Sequence record: MT135025.1
Reading direction: 5' to 3' (one strand)
Length of the DNA stretch: 64,000 bases
Below, piece after piece: positions 1 to 6,677 of the stretch (positions are counted from its first letter, which is position 1; each line of letters opens with the position of its first letter). The translations under genes were made by a program, and so were the position numbers. The notes under the pieces are model-generated. The model saw only the letters and a list, made by a program, of their open reading frames with translations. It did no database searches and was not told the origin of the DNA.

Positions 1-1
1 A

Positions 2-139
2 AAGCCTTTAGCTGAAGGCGAGACGAAGCCAGAGAAAACAGAAAAGCAAAAAGCAACATGCGGTTATTTCGATCTTGAAGCTAACGGCTGGCGCTCATTC
101 AAACGTGCAAATCTTCGCGAAGTAAAATCGTTTGTATAA
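2..139 (+). CDS. C-terminal part of WYL_2/DUF2693-like protein (partial, starts before window)
   Basis: Manual translation ...TCGYFDLEANGWRSFKRANLREVKSFV*; FD-x-E-x-x-GWRSF motif. Confidence 0.5.
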   Translation, partial: KPLAEGETKPEKTEKQKATCGYFDLEANGWRSFKRANLREVKSFV

Positions 140-332
140 CGACCCGTTTGCTGAACAATTGCGCGTCGGACAGTGGATTCTTCACAAGAAGACGGGTAAT
201 GTGTATATAGTAACGAGTAAAGGCAAACTCAAGTTCGACGGTAAATGGTATAATTCTGTCACTTACACGAGCGAACTAGGCGACGTATATACAAGAACAT
301 ACGACGACTTCCGCGGGTTTGAACTAGCATAA
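132..332 (+). CDS. hypothetical protein, DUF1653-like
   Basis: HKKTGNVY...VTY...YTRTYDDF pattern; TTG start overlaps upstream stop. Confidence 0.45.
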   Translation: MYNDPFAEQLRVGQWILHKKTGNVYIVTSKGKLKFDGKWYNSVTYTSELGDVYTRTYDDFRGFELA

Positions 333-437
333 GTCCGCACTGAGAGACGGTCGCAGTGCGCTGATAAAACAGCGATCAACAAATAGGAGTGATGGGCCCT
401 AACTCATCAATTCATCAACTTTCGTGAGATCTATATA

Positions 438-644
438 ATGGCTACAGATAAAGAATTACTCAATGACGTAAACAACTTCTGGATTGGTTGGGATCAACGC
501 GGTCCCGAGAGTCGAGATTACGATGTTGAGCACGGTAATATGCGCAAGAAATGTCGTGAGTTTGAAGAGCGTAAGAAAGCTACAGACGAACGCATTGCAG
601 CATTTGAAGAAACACGAAGCAAATACAAAAGACGAGAGAAATAA
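438..644 (+). CDS. hypothetical protein
   Basis: 68 aa ORF, stop overlaps gp31 start (TAATG). Confidence 0.65.
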   Translation: MATDKELLNDVNNFWIGWDQRGPESRDYDVEHGNMRKKCREFEERKKATDERIAAFEETRSKYKRREK

Positions 645-982
645 TGACACTTAAAGCATACGCAATGGGCGAACAAATCATCATCGACACAAAAGCTGTT
701 AAAGAAGGTGAAGAAATCAAATCCGAAGGCGGCATCGTTCTAGGACGTGCAACACAAGGTGAAGTTCCGCTACACGGTATCGTAATTTCTGTCGGTGAAG
801 ACGTTGACCAAAACGTCATCAAAGTCGGTGATAAAGTTCTATTACCACAAGGCAATATGAAAAACGTTCCAGATCCACGCATTATCGCAGGTATCATGAA
901 GCCAGATGATCAAGACCGCGCACTCTGGGTACACACTCACTACAAAAATATCGCGGCTGTGTATCGCGACGACGAGGAATAA
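644..982 (+). CDS. 31: co-chaperonin for major capsid protein folding (GroES-like gp31)
   Basis: KSEGGIVLG mobile loop, GIVISVG, VGDKVLLP; T4 gp31-like length (112 aa). Confidence 0.9.
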   Translation: MTLKAYAMGEQIIIDTKAVKEGEEIKSEGGIVLGRATQGEVPLHGIVISVGEDVDQNVIKVGDKVLLPQGNMKNVPDPRIIAGIMKPDDQDRALWVHTHYKNIAAVYRDDEE

Positions 983-983
983 G

Positions 984-1373
984 ATGAACGACAACTTACG
1001 AATGATTGAAGTTTCAGCAACTGGTTACTACAGCAACGCTACAGCGGCACATACTTGTTGGGTGACTGCTGAATTCGTTGAGAAGTACGAAGACGAAATC
1101 AGAAAGTTCGATTTCTACTTCAGCGACCTTGATGGTAAGCATTCTGAAACTCATGCTGACATTGAAATCTACTCCGACCAACGTGATATGGCATTGGCGT
1201 GGAGCGAATCTCAAGGTGAAGATTGGTCAATTACTGAAATCATGTTCGACCAAGATGTGTTTGAAGATGCTGATATTGAAGAAATGATCAGCTTGAACGA
1301 AGACATGAACAACACGATTGAAGTCAAGACACAAACAGTCATCACAATCGGTACTGAAACTATCGTTGTATAA
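984..1373 (+). CDS. hypothetical acidic protein
   Basis: ORF; ATG at 984 directly after gp31 stop. Confidence 0.7.
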   Translation: MNDNLRMIEVSATGYYSNATAAHTCWVTAEFVEKYEDEIRKFDFYFSDLDGKHSETHADIEIYSDQRDMALAWSESQGEDWSITEIMFDQDVFEDADIEEMISLNEDMNNTIEVKTQTVITIGTETIVV

Positions 1374-1402
1374 TTCAGCGAAAAGTGAAAGTATAGTTAC
1401 AC

Positions 1403-1428
1403 AAAAGGGAGCAATTAGCTCCCTTTTT
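1403..1428. terminator. bidirectional intrinsic terminator
   Basis: AAAAGGGAGC-AATTA-GCTCCCTTTTT between convergent genes. Confidence 0.75.
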
Positions 1429-1429
1429 G

Positions 1430-1939
1430 CTATTCATCATCTTCGGCGTAACCATACTTGTTGTTATCAAAGTCACAACGCGGGTTATGCAAGAAACTCT
1501 TTCTATAAATCTTCTCTAAATCACTCTTCTTAGCGTTGTCTGGGTACTTAATACCAAGACTGTCCAAATGTTCCTTTTGCTCTTGTAGTTTCAAACGACT
1601 GAAGATCTTCGTTTGGTCTTTCGGATGTTGTGGATGATAATCATTATCTGAGTAATCGGCTTCTAGGTAATCAACGAGATTACGCAACCACTGAACGTAA
1701 TTGATTCCACGACCCTTCAAACCAGAGCGAGTGAACTTGTGAATAACAACACCTTCGTAAGTGTTGCACGCACGACAAAGAACGCCACGGATATGCCCAG
1801 TATTATGGTCATGATCAGTATGCGGTGTGCTCTTCTCTTCACTCAGTTTCGTCCCACATAACACACAACGGTCAAGTTGGCTCATGATGAGTTCGTTGCG
1901 GCATTCGGTCAGTTCTGATTGTTTTAATTGCTTGCTCAT
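1430..1939 (-). CDS. 49: recombination endonuclease VII (Holliday junction resolvase)
   Basis: CxxC (CVLC), DHDH..TGHIRGVLCRACN, C-terminal YLEADYS..YHP..FSRL..Q..HL helical domain. Confidence 0.9.
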   Translation of the reverse strand: MSKQLKQSELTECRNELIMSQLDRCVLCGTKLSEEKSTPHTDHDHNTGHIRGVLCRACNTYEGVVIHKFTRSGLKGRGINYVQWLRNLVDYLEADYSDNDYHPQHPKDQTKIFSRLKLQEQKEHLDSLGIKYPDNAKKSDLEKIYRKSFLHNPRCDFDNNKYGYAEDDE

Positions 1940-1959
1940 GTATTTTTCTCAAAAAGTTA

Positions 1960-1988
1960 TTGACTATACTCTTGTTTATATGTACAAT
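1960..1988 (+). promoter_or_regulatory. sigma70-type early promoter
   Basis: TTGACT-17 bp-TACAAT preceded by A-tract. Confidence 0.7.
1973..1980 (-). promoter_or_regulatory. possible T4-type late promoter (TATAAACA) for endonuclease VII
   Basis: One mismatch to TATAAATA, ~35 nt upstream of the gene 49 start; same 11-mer at 12038-12048. Confidence 0.4.
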
Positions 1989-2018
1989 GAGAAGGCAAAT
2001 TCGTATAAGGAATATAAC

Positions 2019-2273
2019 ATGGCAGCAAGACTATTAAGACAACGACTTGAAACACTCGCGTTGTGTGAGTTTAGTCAAGTTGAAGTGCGATACTTCGAAA
2101 ACGGTAGCGAACGCTACAAAACACCCGAACTGACATTCGATGTAGATGCGAATTCAGCAATCATTGTAATGTCAGACTCAGCCGGTCGAGTTGAATACTC
2201 AGACACTGAGATTGAAAAACAAATCGCGAGTCTTGAAGAACTCGCACATCGTGAACGCTTTTTAGGAATTTAA
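2019..2273 (+). CDS. hypothetical protein
   Basis: ATG at 2019 with AAGGA SD downstream of promoter. Confidence 0.7.
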   Translation: MAARLLRQRLETLALCEFSQVEVRYFENGSERYKTPELTFDVDANSAIIVMSDSAGRVEYSDTEIEKQIASLEELAHRERFLGI

Positions 2274-2282
2274 GGTAAATTT

Positions 2283-3290
2283 ATGAGCTTTGTGAAATAC
2301 ACATCATTAGAAAACAGCTACCGTCAAGTATTCGTAGACAAATGCGACATGCTTGGCGTTCGCGAGTGGGTAGCACTTGAGAAGATTCACGGTGCTAACT
2401 TCAGTTTCATCGTCGAGTTCAAGCCGAATGAAGCACAAGACGGCGCAGAATTCACTGTAACGCCCGCTAAACGCACTTCTACTATCGGTGCTAACGTTAT
2501 GGGCGATTACGACTTCTACGGCTGTACGAGCGTTGTAGAAGCTCACACAGCGAAGATGGAAGCAATCTCAAACTGGCTGTGGGCGCGTGGGATCATCAAT
2601 GTAGGTGAAACAATCATCGTCTACGGTGAACTTGCAGGCAAAGGCGTTCAGAAAGAAGTGAACTACGGTGATAAAGACTTCTGGGCTTACGACATCTTGC
2701 TGCCTGAAACAGGCAAGTTTCTAGATTGGGATGTCGTGCTCGAAGCGTGTGAGTTTGCAAAAGTCAAGACGACTCACGAAATTGCTCGTGGCACACTCGA
2801 TGAACTACTTCGAATTGACCCCCTCTTCAGAAGCTTTCACACGCCCGCTGACGTTGACGGTGAAAATGTAGCAGAAGGGTTCGTTGTTAAGCAATTACGC
2901 AATGAGAAACGCTTACACAACGGTTCTCGTGCAATTCTGAAGGTCAAGAACGATAAGTTCAAAGAGAAAAAGAACAAAGCAGGTAAAACTCCGCGTGCTG
3001 CTGTTGTTCTTACTGAAGAGCAAGAGAAACTACACGCTGCGTTTAGCTGCTACTTAACGGAAAACCGTTTACGTAACGTGCTAAGTAAGCTTGAGACTGT
3101 GACACAAAAGCAGTTCGGGATGATCAGCGGTTTATTCATCAAAGACGCCAAAGATGAGTTTGAGCGTGACGAACTCAACGAAACGGCAATTGCTCGTGAT
3201 GATTGGGACGTGATCAAGCGTTCACTGACGAATATCGCCAATGAAATTTTACGCAAGAACTGGCTAGATATTCTAGACGGGAATTTCTAA
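2283..3290 (+). CDS. rnlB: RNA ligase 2 (Rnl2)
   Basis: FVKYTSLENSY N-terminus, motif I EKIHGANFS, VYGELAG, EGFVVK, ILKVKNDKFKE; 335 aa. Confidence 0.93.
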   Translation: MSFVKYTSLENSYRQVFVDKCDMLGVREWVALEKIHGANFSFIVEFKPNEAQDGAEFTVTPAKRTSTIGANVMGDYDFYGCTSVVEAHTAKMEAISNWLWARGIINVGETIIVYGELAGKGVQKEVNYGDKDFWAYDILLPETGKFLDWDVVLEACEFAKVKTTHEIARGTLDELLRIDPLFRSFHTPADVDGENVAEGFVVKQLRNEKRLHNGSRAILKVKNDKFKEKKNKAGKTPRAAVVLTEEQEKLHAAFSCYLTENRLRNVLSKLETVTQKQFGMISGLFIKDAKDEFERDELNETAIARDDWDVIKRSLTNIANEILRKNWLDILDGNF

Positions 3291-3292
3291 AC

Positions 3293-3487
3293 TTGAAAAA
3301 GCGTGCGTGGTTCTTTGTATTTTGCGGAATCGGTGCTATAAGCTACTTCGGTGGCTTATTCTTAGCGTCTCTGCTTATCTCGAAGTCAATCGAAGCATCT
3401 ATAATGTTCATCGGAATCGTGTTTCTAGCTCTCTTAAATACAATCAGAGCGGGCATCGAAGAAGATGAAAACAACAAAGCCCCTTAA
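3293..3487 (+). CDS. small membrane protein
   Basis: two hydrophobic segments; TTG start. Confidence 0.55.
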   Translation: MKKRAWFFVFCGIGAISYFGGLFLASLLISKSIEASIMFIGIVFLALLNTIRAGIEEDENNKAP

Positions 3488-3500
3488 TTGGGGCTTTTTT
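3476..3500 (+). terminator. intrinsic terminator
   Basis: AAAGCCCC-TTAATT-GGGGCTTTTTT; same hairpin at 31061 and 50511. Confidence 0.85.
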
Positions 3501-3514
3501 ATGGGTGAAAGAAA

Positions 3515-4063
3515 ATGGCATTTATGAAAAAAGAGAAAGACGCAAAAGACATTACCGAAGCAGATATGCAGTACGCAATTGCAGTACAAAGCGTATGGAT
3601 TCACAAACGCTACACCGCGATTATTCCAAACTGTTACACCAAATGGGATAATGAAGCTGATCTGTTTGCTATTCGTCCAAGTGGTCTATGTGATGAGATT
3701 GAAATCAAAGTATCCAAAGCTGATTTTCGAATTGATGAGCAAAAATCAGTAAAGGTCATCGACGAAAGTACACCAAATCTACGGTGGCATCGTTACGAAG
3801 ACGTTCCAAAACGCACAGCATTGCAAGATGGTAAAATGTCGAACTACTTCTGGTATGCATTCCCTAAAGGGCTTGTAGACCACGCTGAAGTCCCAGAATG
3901 GGCTGGTATAATCGAAGTGGATGGATTTCTGAACGCCAGAGAAGTAAGAATGCCAAAACGTCTGCATGGTGGCAAGATGACAATCGAAGAGCAACTAAAA
4001 CAAATCAAGAAACTCGGCTATCGCTTCTGGAATCTGGTTAAAAAGAACAAAAAGGAACAGTGA
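3515..4063 (+). CDS. MmcB-like / PD-(D/E)xK nuclease-fold protein
   Basis: EADLFAI...DEIEIKVSKADF..D..K and NYFWYAFP..V...EVPEWAGII motifs. Confidence 0.55.
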   Translation: MAFMKKEKDAKDITEADMQYAIAVQSVWIHKRYTAIIPNCYTKWDNEADLFAIRPSGLCDEIEIKVSKADFRIDEQKSVKVIDESTPNLRWHRYEDVPKRTALQDGKMSNYFWYAFPKGLVDHAEVPEWAGIIEVDGFLNAREVRMPKRLHGGKMTIEEQLKQIKKLGYRFWNLVKKNKKEQ

Positions 4064-4139
4064 GGCGGAAAAATTCCGCATCATCTTAGTAGAATTAGTA
4101 GTTTTAGTGAAGTTAGAGATATTAGTAGTATTAGGAGAT
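4061..4139. repeat. hairpin plus 6x9-bp TTAG array, copy 1
   Basis: GCGGAA-AAA-TTCCGC then TTAG at 4086,4095,4104,4113,4122,4131; first 56 bp identical to 53757-53812. Confidence 0.9.
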
Positions 4140-4161
4140 TGAAAATGACTTGAAAAAGTTG

Positions 4162-4190
4162 TTGACAGTCTCCTTTTTTGATCGTACTAT
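4162..4190 (+). promoter_or_regulatory. sigma70-type early promoter
   Basis: TTGACA-17 bp-TACTAT. Confidence 0.7.
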
Positions 4191-4215
4191 ACAGTCCTTG
4201 AAACAAATTATGTGA

Positions 4216-4752
4216 GTGAAGACTATGAGCTTGAGTGAACGTGAAGAAGAGCTAAAAGCATTAGCGATTGACCATGTGTGTGACGATGAAGTTGCTGTCA
4301 CCGTTTCATGCGCTGGTATGAGTAATTACTACACTGTTTGCCCGTCAGAGTTCAAAGACTTTTTGGACAACCATGAGGGAACATCTTATGTAGCATTTGA
4401 ATGGCACAACATCCCAGATGATTTACAAGATGAAGAACTAGACTTCGATGGTCTACTTGCTTGGTTCAATCTAGATGAACATGAGCGTGAAATCTGCGAA
4501 GCATTGTATGATAATAACGTTTGTATGTCATACGAAGATGCAGCCGAGAAAGTTGCTGACTGTTGGGTTTTTGAAGGCACGAGCGAAGACTATGCAAGAC
4601 ATGTAACGTCTGAATTAATGGGCATTCGCTTAGAAGATATGCCTGTCATTGTAAGCAGCAACATCAACTGGGGTGATGTATTCATCGACCTTGACGCAGA
4701 AGGTAGTATCTACGAAATTGGTCGCGACAAATACTTAACAGTACACGGTTAA
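4216..4752 (+). CDS. ArdA-like antirestriction (DNA mimic) protein
   Basis: Very acidic; ArdA-like C-terminal pattern E.E...AL.....ED....V....FEG.SEDYA......EDMP......INWGDV..DL...G.I; start may be ATG 4225. Confidence 0.6.
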   Translation: MKTMSLSEREEELKALAIDHVCDDEVAVTVSCAGMSNYYTVCPSEFKDFLDNHEGTSYVAFEWHNIPDDLQDEELDFDGLLAWFNLDEHEREICEALYDNNVCMSYEDAAEKVADCWVFEGTSEDYARHVTSELMGIRLEDMPVIVSSNINWGDVFIDLDAEGSIYEIGRDKYLTVHG

Positions 4753-4754
4753 AA

Positions 4755-5333
4755 ATGAGTAGCACAAAAGGTAACGTTAACAAAGACGATTACTACGCTA
4801 CGCCAGACTGGATTGTTGAAGAGTTTCTTGAAAATTTCGAGAGACGGATACACACAACTCATCATTTGAGTATGCCTGCTATGCATGTTCTTGACCCATC
4901 ATGTGGTGGTTGTTCTGAACACAAAGCAGCATATCCAGTAGCTTACAAGAAATTGTATCATGTCGATATTGACACAATGGATATTCGTGAAGACAGTCAC
5001 GCGCAAATTATCGCGAACTATCTCGAAACTGATGTTCAGAAGAATCATTACGACATGATCATGACGAACCCGCCGTTCAGCTTATCAGTTGATTTTGCTG
5101 AGAAAGCATTGAGTGAAATCAAGAATGGTGGTTATGTCGTCATGCTACAGCGTCTGAACTGGCTAGGTAGTATCAAAAGAAAGCCTTTCTGGGACACAAT
5201 GCCCCTGAGAGCAGTGATGGTTCACCATCGTCGACCATCATTCCATGGTACAAAAGGCACAGACTCGATTGAGTACGCGCACTTTGTATTTCAAAAAGGT
5301 TACGCAGGTAAAGCAGAGATTATAGTAATATGA
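4755..5333 (+). CDS. DNA adenine (amino) methyltransferase
   Basis: DDYYATP, motif I VLDPSCGG, motif IV MTNPPF, EYAHFVF. Confidence 0.8.
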   Translation: MSSTKGNVNKDDYYATPDWIVEEFLENFERRIHTTHHLSMPAMHVLDPSCGGCSEHKAAYPVAYKKLYHVDIDTMDIREDSHAQIIANYLETDVQKNHYDMIMTNPPFSLSVDFAEKALSEIKNGGYVVMLQRLNWLGSIKRKPFWDTMPLRAVMVHHRRPSFHGTKGTDSIEYAHFVFQKGYAGKAEIIVI

Positions 5334-5539
5334 TTACTTCAGTTGAAACTTATGAAGGTCTACTAGACACATTCGAAAAACCACAACCAATGAAAATTGT
5401 GACTGGTGAGATTCACTATTCATTATTTGGCATTCCGTTGCTTCGTCGCAAATGCGAACTATTGCTAGAGACTTACTTGGTTTCAACTGACTCTATGCTC
5501 GGTGATGTTTACATGTGGGACGTGGCAAAACGTTTATGA
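5330..5539 (+). CDS. hypothetical protein
   Basis: ORF coupled by ATGA overlap. Confidence 0.6.
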   Translation: MITSVETYEGLLDTFEKPQPMKIVTGEIHYSLFGIPLLRRKCELLLETYLVSTDSMLGDVYMWDVAKRL

Positions 5540-5559
5540 GAAAATTATTAAGGGGACTT

Positions 5560-5913
5560 ATGTCCAATTTCAAAGCAAATCTAAAAAGTCGCAGTACAAT
5601 TAAGATCAATGGTACTGAGTATCACGGTACAAGTGTGACGATCAAAAACGGCAAAGTCGTCGTTGACGGTCGTTTGCAAGGTGACATTGATGATCGCGTG
5701 GTGAACGTGTATATTGATGGTGACTGTACGCTTGTTCAGAACGAGAACGGCAATATTGCATGTCGTAACGTACAAGGTGACGTGTCAACGACTAATGGCG
5801 ATATTGAATGTGACGATGTTAACGGTTCAGTATCATCAACGAACGGCGACATTAAATGCTGTGATGTTGGCGGTAACGTAAGCACAACCAACGGGGATAT
5901 TATCCGAAAATGA
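5560..5913 (+). CDS. beta-solenoid repeat protein (DUF4097-like)
   Basis: Repeats GDVSTTNGDIEC / GSVSSTNGDIKC / GNVSTTNGDI; SD AAGGGG before ATG 5560. Confidence 0.65.
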   Translation: MSNFKANLKSRSTIKINGTEYHGTSVTIKNGKVVVDGRLQGDIDDRVVNVYIDGDCTLVQNENGNIACRNVQGDVSTTNGDIECDDVNGSVSSTNGDIKCCDVGGNVSTTNGDIIRK

Positions 5914-6182
5914 AAGATCAAACTCGAATCAAAGAAGTAATTGACGGCGCGATTGAGAAAATTGAATCACAATCGACACAAAGTTTCAGCGTGCAAGAAT
6001 TTACGCCATGTGATGTTGTCAATTACTTGCAGGAAATCGGCTACGAAGCTCATGATCTTGAGACAAACGGTTGGCAAGTTGACTTCTGGCAAGATTTCAG
6101 CAAAGACGGCTGCAAGACACTTACCTTTTCAGGTAGCTGGTACTTTGGTCAAGCTACATTGAGTGAGGCATACAATGACTAA
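5910..6182 (+). CDS. hypothetical protein
   Basis: ORF, ATGA overlap. Confidence 0.65.
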   Translation: MKDQTRIKEVIDGAIEKIESQSTQSFSVQEFTPCDVVNYLQEIGYEAHDLETNGWQVDFWQDFSKDGCKTLTFSGSWYFGQATLSEAYND

Positions 6183-6477
6183 GCAAACAGATTTCTTTGA
6201 TCGTGAAATCAAAGATGGTGACTTTGTTCTGCGTGCTAAGAACTCAGGTCGTACATACACCATGAGCGTGCTTCATGTTGTTGACTTGCCGGACGGTAAG
6301 CGCAAGTATCTTGAACTGAGTCGTTGGGGTGGTAGCGGTATCAGTCGAAATGCCAAATTGCCTTGCGGTAGTTCATCTACTATCGTTGAAGCGTCACTTG
6401 TTGAAAGCAAATACCCTGAAGCGTATCGCGCTGCATTACAAGAAGCTGAACTTCTTCGCATGCCAATCCCGCAATAA
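6175..6477 (+). CDS. hypothetical protein
   Basis: GAGG SD before ATG 6175; D..GREIK.GD.V-like start. Confidence 0.65.
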   Translation: MTKQTDFFDREIKDGDFVLRAKNSGRTYTMSVLHVVDLPDGKRKYLELSRWGGSGISRNAKLPCGSSSTIVEASLVESKYPEAYRAALQEAELLRMPIPQ

Positions 6478-6480
6478 TGC

Positions 6481-6508
6481 TTGACACGTGTTGTCAGTCG
6501 TGTATAAT
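6481..6508 (+). promoter_or_regulatory. sigma70-type promoter upstream of rIIA
   Basis: TTGACA-16 bp-TATAAT with TG extension. Confidence 0.7.
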
Positions 6509-6532
6509 TCTCTGTAAACATAGGAGAGCAAT

Positions 6533-6670
6533 ATGATTGACAACATGATAAAAGACATGAACGAGTCAGAAATTGATGTTAATGACATCGTTGATTGTCT
6601 AGTTAACCAGTACAACGTATCTCACGATGAAGCACTTGAAGCGATTCACGAGGTACTTAACGAAATGTGA
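6533..6670 (+). CDS. small acidic hypothetical protein (45 aa)
   Basis: Manual translation MIDNMIKDMNESEIDVNDIVDCLVNQYNVSHDEALEAIHEVLNEM; AGGAG SD. Confidence 0.6.
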   Translation: MIDNMIKDMNESEIDVNDIVDCLVNQYNVSHDEALEAIHEVLNEM

Positions 6671-6677
6671 GAAATAT

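Noticed and set aside
1430-1939. Endonuclease VII-fold ORF as a mobile homing endonuclease
   Set aside because: It has the gp49-type C-terminal helical domain and late-promoter context expected of the core resolvase; there is no intron or target gene context.
4086-4139. TTAG array as a telomere-like repeat or a hidden Leu-rich peptide on the minus strand
   Set aside because: Internal, intergenic and only six degenerate units; no start codon/SD supports a minus-strand peptide.
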